NCBI GenBank assembly: GCA_964626845.1
Contig: CAZVGR010000007.1
Location: 4,820-68,819 of the forward strand
Reading direction: 5' to 3'
Origin: an uncultured Anaerolinea sp.
GTDB lineage: Bacteria > Chloroflexota > Anaerolineae > JAAEKA01
DNA length: 64,000 nt
Shown: in pieces, positions 40,374 through 50,900 of the stretch
How the letters are laid out: every line of letters starts with the position of its first letter
Position numbering within the stretch: position 1 is the stretch's first letter
Position numbers and translations under genes: made by a program
The notes under the pieces: generated by a model
Database searches by the model: none
Seen by the model: only the letters and a program-made list of their open reading frames with translations
Told to the model about the DNA's origin: nothing

Positions 40374-40874
40374 ATGCCAACAGGAGTCGCTATCGTTACT
40401 TTCCAGGATACGGAAGGCGCCGGCAAGCTGCTTGACATGATTCATGGCCTGGAGAAACAGAAACTGGTCGAGCTGGAGGACGCCGTGATCGTAGTCAAGA
40501 CGGCCGACGGCGAGGTCAAAGTTAAGGAAACCAAGGATCTCACCAAGGCCAAAGGCGCCGCCAAGGGCGGCACACTGGGCTTCGTGGTGGGCTTGATGAT
40601 GGGTGGCCCCATCGGCGGTGTGCTGTTGGGCGCGGCGGCCGGCGCTCTGGTCTCACGCAAGATCGACCTGGGTATTCCCAAGGACAAGATCGACCTGCTG
40701 GTGAGCGAAATGGTGGACGGCAGCTCGGCGCTATTCATCCAGGGCACATCAAAGCGAGAAGGCGTCCTGCGCGGCGCTCTGCGCGAGTCCGGCGGCAATC
40801 TCCACGAATTGCAGCTAACGGATGAGGCGATGGTGAATGTGCAGAATGTCGCCGCGACCAGGGATTACTATTGA
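40374..40874 (+). CDS. DUF1269-family membrane protein
   Basis: 'VAIVTFQDTEGAGKLLDMIHGLEKQKLVELEDAVIVVKTADGEVKV' plus the Gly-rich TM 'GFVVGLMMGGPIGGVLLGAAAGAL'. RBS AAGGAG. Confidence 0.75.
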   Translation: MPTGVAIVTFQDTEGAGKLLDMIHGLEKQKLVELEDAVIVVKTADGEVKVKETKDLTKAKGAAKGGTLGFVVGLMMGGPIGGVLLGAAAGALVSRKIDLGIPKDKIDLLVSEMVDGSSALFIQGTSKREGVLRGALRESGGNLHELQLTDEAMVNVQNVAATRDYY

Positions 40875-41166
40875 TCGTGTCCGTGTGCGCCGCACACAAG
40901 GCGCTGCCTTTGGTTGTCTTGAAAACGTGACGCAACCTGGCAACTTGCGTTGCAGCTAACTTCATCGGGGCCAGGTATGTCCCGGCGCCGTGGCCGAATC
41001 GGAATGTGCAGGGTGGTTCTCCTCCTTGGTTGGTGTGTGGCCGGCCGCCGGGTTGTCGGTCCCCGGCGCCGGTCACACCCGTCCACTGTGTCTGTTCACC
41101 CTACCCTGCCGGACGCGGGAGCTCACAAGCCAGATCTGAATGTTCCGGAGATAAGATTCTTGTCGT

Positions 41167-41247
41167 TCATTGCGAGCCATCTGCGGCGAAGCAGCACTGC
41201 ACCTGCGGCGCACGTGCAGGTGTTGCCTCGGCAGCCCTCGCAATGAC
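41167..41247. repeat. REP-like palindromic element (TCATTGCGAG...CTCGCAATGA)
   Basis: 10-bp terminal inverted arms enclose partly self-complementary sequence, upstream of the GH16 gene. Confidence 0.55.
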
Positions 41248-41305
41248 GCGATCAACTGCTTTGTTTACGCTGTACTGAAAGCCTACAATTTGGAGGTTCG
41301 CTCGA

Positions 41306-44300
41306 ATGATACGCAAGACCATGCTTCTGTTTTCGCTTTTCCTGCTCATTGCCAGCATCGCATCGCCCTTTGCGATGTTTGCGCCAACCGCTGTTTCGGC
41401 GGCCCCTGCGGAACCGTGGCCCACCATCACTTTTGACTCGGATGCGGTCACCTACACCCTGACCGGCTTTGGCGGCGCTGAGGACTCGACTGTCGTGGTC
41501 GATCCCACCGATCCCGCCAACAATGTAGCCCGGGTGGTCAAGTCGGCGACGGCTCAGTTGTGGGCCGGGACCACGGTATCCACCGGCCCGAACAACACGG
41601 TTCCTCAGTTGCTGTTCACGGCTGACGACACGACCATGTCGGTGCGGGTCTGGTCGCCTGACGCGGGCATCCAGGTCCGGCTGAAGGTCGAGGACGCCGC
41701 GGACGGCAGCAAGTCGGTGGAGACCGAGGCGACGACCACGGTGGCGGCCGGCTGGGAGACGCTGACCTTCGACTTCGCCAACCCGGCGCCGGGCACCCAG
41801 CCGCTGAACCTGGGCTACACCTACAATCGGGCTTCCATCTTCTTCAACTTCGGCGTGCCTGGCTCCGTGGCCGGAGAGAAGATCTACTTCTTCGACGACG
41901 TCGCCTTCAGCGGCGGCACAGTCCCACCACCGCCGCCCCCGCCAGGCCAATGGCCCACCATCACCTTCGACTCGGATGCGGTCACCTACACCCTGACCGG
42001 CTTTGGCGGCGCTGAGGACTCGACCGTTGTGGTCGATCCCACCGACCCCGCCAACAACGTGGCCCGTGTGGTCAAGTCGGCGACGGCTGAGCTGTGGGCT
42101 GGGACCACGGTATCCACTGGCGCCAACCTGACGATACCGCAGTTGCTGTTCACGACTGAGACCACAACCATGACGGTGCGGGTTTGGTCGCCTGACGCGG
42201 GCATCCAGGTGCGGCTGAAGGTCGAGGATGCAGCAGACGGCAGCAAATCGGTGGAGACCGAGGCGACGACCACGGTGGCGACCGACTGGGAGACGTTGAC
42301 CTTCGACTTCGCCAACCCGGCGCCGGGCACCCAGCCGCTGAACCTGGGCTACACCTACAATCGGGCTTCCATCTTCTTCAACTTCGGCGTGCCTGGCTCC
42401 GTGGCCGGAGAGAAGATCTACTTCTTCGACGACGTCGCCTTCAGCGGCGGCACAGTCCCACCACCGCCGCCCCCGCCAGGCCAATGGCCCACCATCACCT
42501 TCGACTCGGATGCGGTCACCTACACCCTGACCGGCTTTGGCGGCGCTGAGGACTCGACCGTCGTGGTCGATCCCACCGATCCCACCAACAACGTGGCCCG
42601 GGTGGTCAAGTCGGCGACGGCCGAGCTGTGGGCTGGGACCACAGTGTCCACCGGCCCCAACCTGACCGTGCCAGCGCTGCCGTTCACGGCTGACGACACC
42701 ACCATGTCGGTGCGGGTCTGGTCGCCTGACGCGGACATCCAGGTCCGGCTAAAGGTCGAGGATGCAACGGACGGCAGCAAATCGGTGGAGACCGAGGCAA
42801 CGACCACCGTGGCGGGCGACTGGGAGACGCTGGTCTTCGACTTCGCTAACCCGGCAGCCGGCACCCAGCCCCTGAACCTGGGCTACACCTACGACAAGGC
42901 TTCCATCTTCTTCAACTTCGGCGTGCCTGGCGCTGTGGCCGGAGAGAAGATCTACTTCTTCGACGACGTCGCGTTCGGCGGCGCGCCGCCCCCACCGCCT
43001 GCCCCTGGAAAATCGGTCATCATCGACGACTTCGAGGATGGCTTGTTGCCCACGGGCACTGATCCTAACGGCATTGGCGTGGGCTTCATCACGGCCAACG
43101 CACCCGGCGCCAGCGTCGCCATCGCCATCACCGACGCGCCGCCTGCGCCCGTCCCCGGCGCGGCTGTGCCCAACAACGTGCTGCAAGAGGATCTGACCCT
43201 GGGCGTCGGCCAGTGGGCCGTGTTCGTCCACAACTTCACCAACGACGCGGCCGATGCCTGGGTGCCGCAAGACTGGACTTCGTACGAAGGCTTCAGCCTG
43301 TGGCTGTACGGCAACAACACCGGCGGCACGATCTTCCTGGACATCCTGGACAACCGCAACCCCGACTCCACCACCGACGACGCTGAGCGCTGGAGCGTTG
43401 ACATCCCCGACACCTTCAACGGCTGGCAGCACTTCCTGTTCACCTGGGACCAGTTCAACCGCAAGGACATCGGCAACGGCGCACCCAACGACGGCTTCAC
43501 CCTGACCGAGGTCCACGGCTACGCGGTCGGCGGCTATGGCAACGTCAACATGGGCAGCCAGAGCTACTTCATCGACGACGTGGGCCTGATCGTCCGCACC
43601 ACGATCATCGACGACTTCGAGGATGGCCTGTTGCCCACGGGCACTGATCCTAACGGCATTGGCGTGGGCTTCATCACGGCCAACGCACCCGGCGCCAGCG
43701 TCGCCATCGCCATCACCGACGCGCCGCCTGCGCCCGTCCCCGGCGCGGCTGTGCCCAACAACGTGCTGCAAGAGGATCTGACCCTGGGCGTCGGCCAGTG
43801 GGCCGTGTTCGTCCACAACTTCACCAACGACGCGGCCGATGCCTGGGTGCCGCAAGACTGGACTTCGTACGAAGGCTTCAGCCTGTGGCTGTACGGCAAC
43901 AACACCGGCGGCACGATCTTCCTGGACATCCTGGACAACCGCAACCCCGACTCCACCACCGACGACGCTGAGCGCTGGAGCGTTGACATCCCCGACACCT
44001 TCAACGGCTGGCAGCACTTCCTGTTCACCTGGGACCAGTTCAACCGCAAGGACATCGGCAACGGCGCACCCAACGACGGCTTCACCCTGACCGAGGTCCA
44101 CGGCTACGCGGTCGGCGGCTATGGCAACGTCAACATGGGCAGCCAGAGCTACTTCATCGACGACGTGGCGATCTTCGGCAACACTGGCGGCGGCGAGCAG
44201 CCGTTGCAGGTCCAGTTCAGCCGCAACTTCTACCAGGTGACCGAGGGCGACACGGCTGTGATCACCGTGACGCTCAACATGACCTCCACTGCGCCAGTCT

Positions 44301-46390
44301 CGATCAGCTACATCACCGTCGAGGGCTACGCCACGCCTGATCGCAACTACGTGCCCACCAGCGGCGAGGTAGTCATCGCACCCGGCGAGCTGGCGCAGAC
44401 CTTCACCGTGGCAACGATCCACGACGGCAAGCCCAGCGGCGAGCAGCGGCTGATGCTGAACCTGCGCAACCCCAACGGCGCCGACGCCGGCTTCCGGGTA
44501 CAGGCCATGCTCACCATCCTGGACATCGACCCCGTAAATCCGATGATGGTGGACGACTTCCAGGGCTTCCATCGCTTCGCCACTTCCGGCGATATCGCGC
44601 TGTCGATCACCGAGCTGGCGGCCGGCTCGGCTATGGCCCTGCCGGGGCAGATGTTCTACGAGGACGTGCTGACCGGCGTCTACGGCCCGGCCGGCGGCGC
44701 TGCACCCAGCTTCCTCCAGACCTTCCCTGTCAGCGAGGACTGGAGCGGCTACAACGGCCTGACCTTCTGGTACTACGGCAGCAACAGCGGCCAAGCGATG
44801 ACCGTCAACCTGCTGGACAACCAGACGACGACCACGGCCCAGACACCGCCCGACCAATGGGAACTGGTTTGGAGCGACGAGTTCGATGACCAGGCCGGCA
44901 TCGGCCCCAACCCGAATGTCTGGTCGCACGAAATCGGCGACGGCACGCTCAACAACATCCCCGGCTGGGGCAACAGCGAGTTCCAGTTCTACACGGACAG
45001 CCTGGACAACGCAGCCACTGACGGCGGCGGCAACCTGGCCATCACCCTGGACGAGGCTGATCCTGCCCAGGAGCTGCGCTGTTGGTACGGCCCATGCCGG
45101 TACACCTCTGCCCGCCTGATCTCGGCCAACAAGATCGAGGCTGAGTACGGACGTATCGAGTCCCGCATCCTGGTGCCCGATGGCCCAGCCGGCCTGTGGC
45201 CCGCCTTCTGGATGCTGGGCACCAACATCGGCGAGGTCGGCTGGCCGCAGAGCGGCGAGATTGACATCATGGAGTACGTCAGCCGCAACCCCTACGAGGT
45301 GTTCGGCACGATCCACGGCCCTGGCTACTCTGGCGGCGCGGCCTTCGGCAACACCTACACCTTCCCGCAGCCGGTGGCCGAGGACTATCACACCTTCTCG
45401 GTGGAGTGGTCGCCCGACCAGATCCTCTGGTACGTGGACGACATCCTCTACCACAGCGCTACTCCGGCCAACGTGGCGCCTAACGAATGGGTCTTCAACC
45501 ATCCCTTCTTCCTGATCCTGAACCTGGCGATCGGCGGCAACTTTGGCGGCACGATCAGCCCTGACATGACCTTCCCGCAGCAGGCGCTGGTGGACTACGT
45601 GCGGGTCTATCAGAAGCCCAACAACTCGGAGCGCTTCGAGGCCAGCTTCGTCGATAACTTCAGCGGCTGGCGCCAGGTGACTGTGCCCTTCTCGGCCTTC
45701 ACCCGCAGCGCGCAGCAGCCAGCCGGCGCACCCAACGACGGCCTGGGCCTGAACCAGGTCTGGGGCTACGGCATCACCCTGCCGGCAAACAGCAGCGGCA
45801 CGTTCCACATGGACCAGGTGCAACTGGCCCGCATCCCGACCGTGCAGCGCTCGCGGCGCTTCAACGTCGATCAGGATACCTTCATCAACGGCGCGCAGCC
45901 GGCTGTGGCCTTCGGCAGCGCCCAGAGCATGTGGGTTGGCTTCTTCGATCAACTGCGCCCAGTGGTGCATGCGCCCATCGCAGGAATCCCTAACGACGCA
46001 GAGATCGACCTGGCCTACCTGTACCTCTACGTGTTCGAGGGCCGCGGCTTCACGCAGTGGGCTAACTCGGTCATCGAAAACGTCTCTGCTCACGCCGTCA
46101 CCACGCCTTGGGTGTCCGACACCGCCACCTGGTGGACGCCGTGGACCATGCCTGGCGGCGACTACGGCCCGGCCGTGGGCGCCAACCACATCGGCTCCGG
46201 CAAGATCAACACCTGGCTGCGGCTGGATGTGACCGAGGCCGTGCGCGACATCGTCAGCAGCGGCGTCAACCACGGCATCCTGCTAACGTCCAGCGACAAC
46301 CGCGGCGTGCGCTATGGGTTGGCCGCCTCAGAGTACTTCGACCCCTCGAAGAACGGCTACATCCGCGTGTACTTCCGCACTGTAGACTGA
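41306..46390 (+). CDS. Secreted multidomain GH16 beta-1,3(4)-glucanase (laminarinase type)
   Basis: Domain order: signal peptide; 3 x 178-aa module; 2 x 195-aa CBM-like module; Calx-beta-like segment ('QVQFSRNFYQVTEGDTAVITVTLN'); GH16 catalytic domain; DNRLRE-like C-terminal domain ('TSSDNRGVRYG'). The GH16 domain carries 'WSDEFD' and the catalytic motif 'GEIDIMEY'. Confidence 0.9.
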   Translation: MIRKTMLLFSLFLLIASIASPFAMFAPTAVSAAPAEPWPTITFDSDAVTYTLTGFGGAEDSTVVVDPTDPANNVARVVKSATAQLWAGTTVSTGPNNTVPQLLFTADDTTMSVRVWSPDAGIQVRLKVEDAADGSKSVETEATTTVAAGWETLTFDFANPAPGTQPLNLGYTYNRASIFFNFGVPGSVAGEKIYFFDDVAFSGGTVPPPPPPPGQWPTITFDSDAVTYTLTGFGGAEDSTVVVDPTDPANNVARVVKSATAELWAGTTVSTGANLTIPQLLFTTETTTMTVRVWSPDAGIQVRLKVEDAADGSKSVETEATTTVATDWETLTFDFANPAPGTQPLNLGYTYNRASIFFNFGVPGSVAGEKIYFFDDVAFSGGTVPPPPPPPGQWPTITFDSDAVTYTLTGFGGAEDSTVVVDPTDPTNNVARVVKSATAELWAGTTVSTGPNLTVPALPFTADDTTMSVRVWSPDADIQVRLKVEDATDGSKSVETEATTTVAGDWETLVFDFANPAAGTQPLNLGYTYDKASIFFNFGVPGAVAGEKIYFFDDVAFGGAPPPPPAPGKSVIIDDFEDGLLPTGTDPNGIGVGFITANAPGASVAIAITDAPPAPVPGAAVPNNVLQEDLTLGVGQWAVFVHNFTNDAADAWVPQDWTSYEGFSLWLYGNNTGGTIFLDILDNRNPDSTTDDAERWSVDIPDTFNGWQHFLFTWDQFNRKDIGNGAPNDGFTLTEVHGYAVGGYGNVNMGSQSYFIDDVGLIVRTTIIDDFEDGLLPTGTDPNGIGVGFITANAPGASVAIAITDAPPAPVPGAAVPNNVLQEDLTLGVGQWAVFVHNFTNDAADAWVPQDWTSYEGFSLWLYGNNTGGTIFLDILDNRNPDSTTDDAERWSVDIPDTFNGWQHFLFTWDQFNRKDIGNGAPNDGFTLTEVHGYAVGGYGNVNMGSQSYFIDDVAIFGNTGGGEQPLQVQFSRNFYQVTEGDTAVITVTLNMTSTAPVSISYITVEGYATPDRNYVPTSGEVVIAPGELAQTFTVATIHDGKPSGEQRLMLNLRNPNGADAGFRVQAMLTILDIDPVNPMMVDDFQGFHRFATSGDIALSITELAAGSAMALPGQMFYEDVLTGVYGPAGGAAPSFLQTFPVSEDWSGYNGLTFWYYGSNSGQAMTVNLLDNQTTTTAQTPPDQWELVWSDEFDDQAGIGPNPNVWSHEIGDGTLNNIPGWGNSEFQFYTDSLDNAATDGGGNLAITLDEADPAQELRCWYGPCRYTSARLISANKIEAEYGRIESRILVPDGPAGLWPAFWMLGTNIGEVGWPQSGEIDIMEYVSRNPYEVFGTIHGPGYSGGAAFGNTYTFPQPVAEDYHTFSVEWSPDQILWYVDDILYHSATPANVAPNEWVFNHPFFLILNLAIGGNFGGTISPDMTFPQQALVDYVRVYQKPNNSERFEASFVDNFSGWRQVTVPFSAFTRSAQQPAGAPNDGLGLNQVWGYGITLPANSSGTFHMDQVQLARIPTVQRSRRFNVDQDTFINGAQPAVAFGSAQSMWVGFFDQLRPVVHAPIAGIPNDAEIDLAYLYLYVFEGRGFTQWANSVIENVSAHAVTTPWVSDTATWWTPWTMPGGDYGPAVGANHIGSGKINTWLRLDVTEAVRDIVSSGVNHGILLTSSDNRGVRYGLAASEYFDPSKNGYIRVYFRTVD
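41417..43018 (+). repeat. 3 x 534-bp tandem coding repeat (putative glycan-binding modules with poly-Pro linkers)
   Basis: TGGCCCACCATCAC... recurs at 41417, 41951 and 42485. The copies differ by scattered substitutions. Confidence 0.9.
43019..44188 (+). repeat. 2 x 585-bp tandem coding repeat, almost identical at DNA level
   Basis: ATCATCGACGACTTCGAGGATGG... occurs at 43019 and 43604. The antisense track ORFs 42952..43500 and 43564..44085 differ at a single residue over the shared part. Confidence 0.9.
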
Positions 46391-46398
46391 TCGAACCT

Positions 46399-46435
46399 GG
46401 GGTGGGGCGCAAAGGCTTCGCATTGCGCCCCACCC
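46399..46435 (+). terminator. GC-rich hairpin after the GH16 gene
   Basis: GGGGTGGGGCGCAA-N10-TTGCGCCCCACCC. No clear T-tract follows. Confidence 0.5.
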
Positions 46436-46474
46436 GTCACGAATCTGACCAAGGTTCGCCGGTGTAAGTGCATA

Positions 46475-46537
46475 GTTCGTAGTGGCGACTTCAGTCGCTT
46501 CGGGGCCACCGAGACGACTGAAGTCGTCACTACGAAC
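46475..46537. repeat. REP-like palindrome (GTTCGTAGTGGCGACTTCAGTCG...CGACTGAAGTCGTCACTACGAAC)
   Basis: About 23-bp arms with one or two mismatches and a 16-nt loop. Confidence 0.7.
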
Positions 46538-46584
46538 GGCCTGACATCGACAAAGCCAGCGCACTTGACAATGAGGCCCTTCTC

Positions 46585-47922
46585 TTGCAACTCCACCACC
46601 ACTGCACAGCCCAACACACCCCCTATCGCCTGACCGAGCTTCCGATTCCAGCCATCGACGCCGCCAGCGCTGAGATGGCATCGATCTTTGTCGACACCAC
46701 CGTGCGTTATCAGGAGATCGAGGGCTTCGGCGGCGCATTCACCGAAGCGGCCGCGCTGACCTTCTTCAAGCTGCCGGCCGAGCGCCAGGCTGAGGTTCTC
46801 GCGGCCTACTTCGACCCCACCCACGGCCACGGCTACACCCTCGGCCGCACGCACATCAACAGTTGCGACTTCTCGCTGGGCAACTACGCCTATGCCGAGG
46901 TGGACGGCGACGTGGAGCTGCGCCGCTTCTCCATCGAGCGCGACCGCCAGGCGCTGATCCCGCTGATCCATGCAGCCCAGCAGACCGCCGGCCGGCCGCT
47001 CAAGTTGCTGGCCTCGCCCTGGAGCCCGCCGGCCTGGATGAAGACCAACGGCGACATGTGCCACGGCGGCCAGCTCAAGCCCGAATACCGCGCAGCCTGG
47101 GCCGAGTACTACTGCCGCTATGTGCGCGCCTACGAGCAGGAGGGCATCCCCATCTGGGCGTTGACGGTGCAGAACGAGCCAGAGGCGGTGCAGGTCTGGG
47201 AGTCTTGCATCTTCAGCGGCGAAGCGGAGCGCGACTTTGTGCGCGACTACCTGGGACCGGCGCTGGCGCAGGCCGGCCTGGCCGACGTGCATTTGCTGAT
47301 CTGGGACCACAACCGCGATCGCATGGTTGAGCGGGCCAGCGCCGTGCTCAGCGACCCTGAAGCGGCAAGGTATGTTTGGGGCGTGGCCTTTCACTGGTAT
47401 GTGGTCGACTGCTTCGACAACGTGCAGCGGGTGCATGATGCTTTTCCCGACAAAAAGCTGCTCTTCACCGAGGGCACGCAGGAAGGCGGCCCGCACCTGG
47501 GCGAGTGGTCCATGGCCGAGCGCTACGCTCGCTCGATCATCAACGACCTCAACCGCTGGACGGTAGGCTGGATCGACTGGAACCTGCTGCTGGATACCAC
47601 GGGCGGACCGAACCATGTGGGCAACCTGTGCAGCGCGCCCATCCTGGCCGACACGGAGACCGGCGAGCTGCATTATCAGAGCAGCTACTACGCCATCGGC
47701 CACTTTGCCCGTTTCATCCAGCCCGGCGCGCAGCGCGTGCTCTGCGCCACAACGCACGACTTGTTGGAAGCAGCCGCTTTCGTCAACCCCGCTGGACAAA
47801 CCATCGTCGTGCTGCTCAATCGTTCGGACCAAATGGGCCAGGTGACACTGGCGATAAACAACGAACGGGCCGTCGTCGATTGTCCGGCCCATTCCATTTC
47901 AACTTTCCAGGTTGTATCATGA
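46585..47922 (+). CDS. GH30 glycoside hydrolase (glucosylceramidase / beta-1,6-glucanase type); start uncertain
   Basis: Motifs 'YQEIEGFGGAFTEAAA', 'SPWSPPAWMKTNG', 'WALTVQNEPE' and 'LFTEG'. The only upstream in-frame start is TTG at 46585, and there is no signal peptide. Confidence 0.8.
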   Translation: MQLHHHCTAQHTPYRLTELPIPAIDAASAEMASIFVDTTVRYQEIEGFGGAFTEAAALTFFKLPAERQAEVLAAYFDPTHGHGYTLGRTHINSCDFSLGNYAYAEVDGDVELRRFSIERDRQALIPLIHAAQQTAGRPLKLLASPWSPPAWMKTNGDMCHGGQLKPEYRAAWAEYYCRYVRAYEQEGIPIWALTVQNEPEAVQVWESCIFSGEAERDFVRDYLGPALAQAGLADVHLLIWDHNRDRMVERASAVLSDPEAARYVWGVAFHWYVVDCFDNVQRVHDAFPDKKLLFTEGTQEGGPHLGEWSMAERYARSIINDLNRWTVGWIDWNLLLDTTGGPNHVGNLCSAPILADTETGELHYQSSYYAIGHFARFIQPGAQRVLCATTHDLLEAAAFVNPAGQTIVVLLNRSDQMGQVTLAINNERAVVDCPAHSISTFQVVS

Positions 47923-50900
47923 CGACCAACACCAAAACCGCTATCTGGATCGGCAACACGCCGCTGATCGATGAAGCTGCACCGGTCACCGGGGAGTACG
48001 TGCAACTTCTTGGCGAGGAATACTACCGCATCGCCCACGTCGATCAAATGCCCCCGTTTTTCATGAGCCTGGTGAGCGGCGCCAACCACTGGCTGTTCAT
48101 CGCCAGCAACGGCGGGCTCACGGCTGGGCGCACCAACTCCGACTCGGCGCTTTTTCCCTATGAGACGGTCGACAAGATTCAGGCGCACGGCGAGCAGATC
48201 GGCAGCAAGACCATCCTGCGAGTCACGCTCAGCGGCCGCACCCACCTGTGGGAGCCGTTTTCAGAGCGCTATGCCGGCGTCTATCGCCGTGAACGCCACC
48301 TGTACAAGAACGTCTATGGCAACAAGCTGATTTTCGAGGAGATTAACCACGACTTGCAACTGGCGCTGCGCGTGGCCTGGCGCACCGGCGACCGCTTCGG
48401 CTTCATCAGAAGCTGCTGGCTGGAAAACCTGGGCGACAGCACGTGCCACGTGGAGCTGCTCGACGGCGTGCAGAACATCCTGCCTTTTGGCGCCACCAGC
48501 CAGTTGCAGAACGGCATGAGCAACCTGCTCGACGCTTACAAACGCAACGAGATGGAACCCGCCAGCGGGCTGGGCATTTTCACCCTCAGCGCTACGCTGA
48601 CCGACCGCGCCGAGCCCAGCGAGTCGCTCAAGGCGACCATGGCCTGGCAGGTAGGGCTGGACGACGTCCGCTATCTGCTCTGCGCCGATCAAATCGACGC
48701 CTTTCGCCGCGGCCACACCGTCACAACCGAACAAGACATATGCGGCAAGCCAGGCGCATATCTGGCCAGCGCTGCGATCGACCTGCCGCCAGGCCAGACC
48801 CACCGCTGGCACATCGTGGCCGACGTCAACCAGGACAGCGCGGCCGTCAGCCGGCTGACGCAGTTTCTGCGCCAGGAAAAAGCCAGCATCGAGGCGCAGA
48901 TCGAAGCAGACATCGCCCGCGGCACTGAGGAGTTGGTGCGCTTCGTGGCCTCGGCCGACGGCCTGCAGCTCACCGCCCAGGAAACAACCACCGCCCACCA
49001 TTTCGCCAACGTCCTGTTCAACATCATGCGCGGCGGCATCTTCGTGGACAACTACCAGGTAGACCGGGACGACCTGAGCGACTTCGTGCGCGTGCGCAAC
49101 CGCGTTGTCTGGGCCAACCATGCGCAATGGTTTGCTGACCTGCCGGCCAAACTCTCCATTCAAGACCTCTATGCGCGCGCCAGCGCGGACGGCGCAGCAG
49201 ATATGATCCGCCTGTGCTACGAGTACCTGCCTTTGACCTTCAGCCGGCGGCACGGCGACCCCAGCCGGCCCTGGAACCACTTCTCCATCAACGTCACCAA
49301 ACCCGATGGCTCAGCCCGCCTGGACTACCAGGGCAACTGGCGCGACATCTTCCAGAACTGGGAGCCGCTGGCGCTCAGCTTCCCCGGTTTCGTGGAGGGC
49401 ATGGTAGCCAAGTTCCTGAATGCGACTACGGTAGACGGCTACAACCCCTACCGGATCACGCGCGACGGCATCGAGTGGGAAACGCCTGAGCCGCACAACC
49501 CCTGGTCCAATATCGGTTACTGGAACGACCACCAGATCATCTACCTGCTCAAACTGCTGGAGATCGTGGCGCAGGTCCATCCTGATGCCCTGTCTGGCCT
49601 GTGGAACCACCCCGTATTCTCCTACGCCAACGTTCCCTACCGCCTGCGCCCCTATCCGCAGATGCTGGCCGACTGGTACAACACCATTGAGTTCGATTAC
49701 GAGCAAGAAGAGGCAATCGCCGCGGCAGTTGCCGCCATGGGCACAGACGGACGGCTGCTGCGCAACGCCGCTGGGGCCGTTGTGCATGTCACACTGACCG
49801 AAAAGCTGCTGGTGTTGCTGCTGGCCAAGCTGACCAACCTGGCGCCAGAGGGCGGCATCTGGATGAACACGCAGCGCCCGGAGTGGAACGACGCCAACAA
49901 CGCGCTGGTAGGCAAGGGCCTGTCTATCGTCACTGCTGGCTATCTGCGCCGCTTCATCGCCTTCTGGCAGGCGCAGATCGACGCAGCTCAGGCAGCCGCG
50001 CTGGCCGTCAACCCGGCCCTGGCCGATCTGTTCGCTGCCGTGTACGGCATCCTGCGTGCGCACGAGCCGCAACTGGCCAGCGCATTCAGCGATCAGGCGC
50101 GGCGGGCGATGATGGACGAGCTGGGCATGGCGGCCACGGCCTACCGCACGCGCGTCTATCAAGACGGCGTGCCAGCGGCGCGGGTCGAACTGGACGGCCA
50201 GACGCTGCATGACTTCCTGGCGCTGGCGCAACGCTACGTAGAGCACACGCTGCGCGCCAATCAGCGCCCCGACGGCATGTTCCACAGCTACAACATCCTG
50301 CGCTTGCACGACGAGGGCGTTGCGATCGACAACCTCTACCTGATGTTGGAGGGACAGGTGGCGCTGCTGTCGTCAGGCATGTTGACGCCAGAGGAGGCGC
50401 TGGCAGTGCTGCACAGCCTGCGCCACAGCGATCTCTATCGGCCGGATCAGCATTCCTACATGCTCTATCCCAACCGCCAGTTGCCCGGTTTCTTGCAGAA
50501 GAACCAGGTAGCGGCAGAGGCAGTGGCCGGCTCTGCGCTGGTCGCCGCGCTGACGGCCGTCAACGATCGGCGCTTGCTGATCTGCGACGACGCGGGCGTG
50601 TATCACTTCAACGGCAGCTTCCGCAACGCGGGCGACGTCGCCCGCACGTTGGATGAGCTGGGCCAGGAGCCGGCCTTTGCGCCGCTGGTGGCGGCAGAGC
50701 GCGGCCTGGTGCTCGACCTGTTTGAAGCCACCTTCGACCACCGGGCCTTCACCGGCCGCTCTGGCACCTTCTTCGCCTACGAGGGGCTGGGCAGCATCTA
50801 CTGGCACATGGTATCGAAACTGCTGCTGGCCGCGCAGGAGTGCTACCAACAGGCGCTGGCAGCCAACACAGACCCCGCCGTCACAGCCGCGCTGGCCGCA

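Noticed and set aside
41261-41289. Promoter TTGTTT-17-TACAAT upstream of the GH16 gene
   Set aside because: The -10 box ends only 2 nt before the GGAGG RBS. A transcript started here would lack the RBS. It was kept out of the feature list.
41417-44188. Possibility that the regular long repeats are a CRISPR-like or non-coding array
   Set aside because: The units are 534 and 585 bp, contiguous without spacers. They are in frame and translate to coherent CBM-like modules within one ORF.
42749-46273. Very long antisense ORFs (for example 42749..46273, 3897..5738, 10419..11993, 12455..13993, 36622..38160, 41252..42484, 23551..25323, 46357..47892)
   Set aside because: All lie opposite genes with clear family signatures. 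They have Arg/Gly/Ala/Val/His-rich low-information translations, and none shows a recognisable motif. They are high-GC stop-codon scarcity artefacts.
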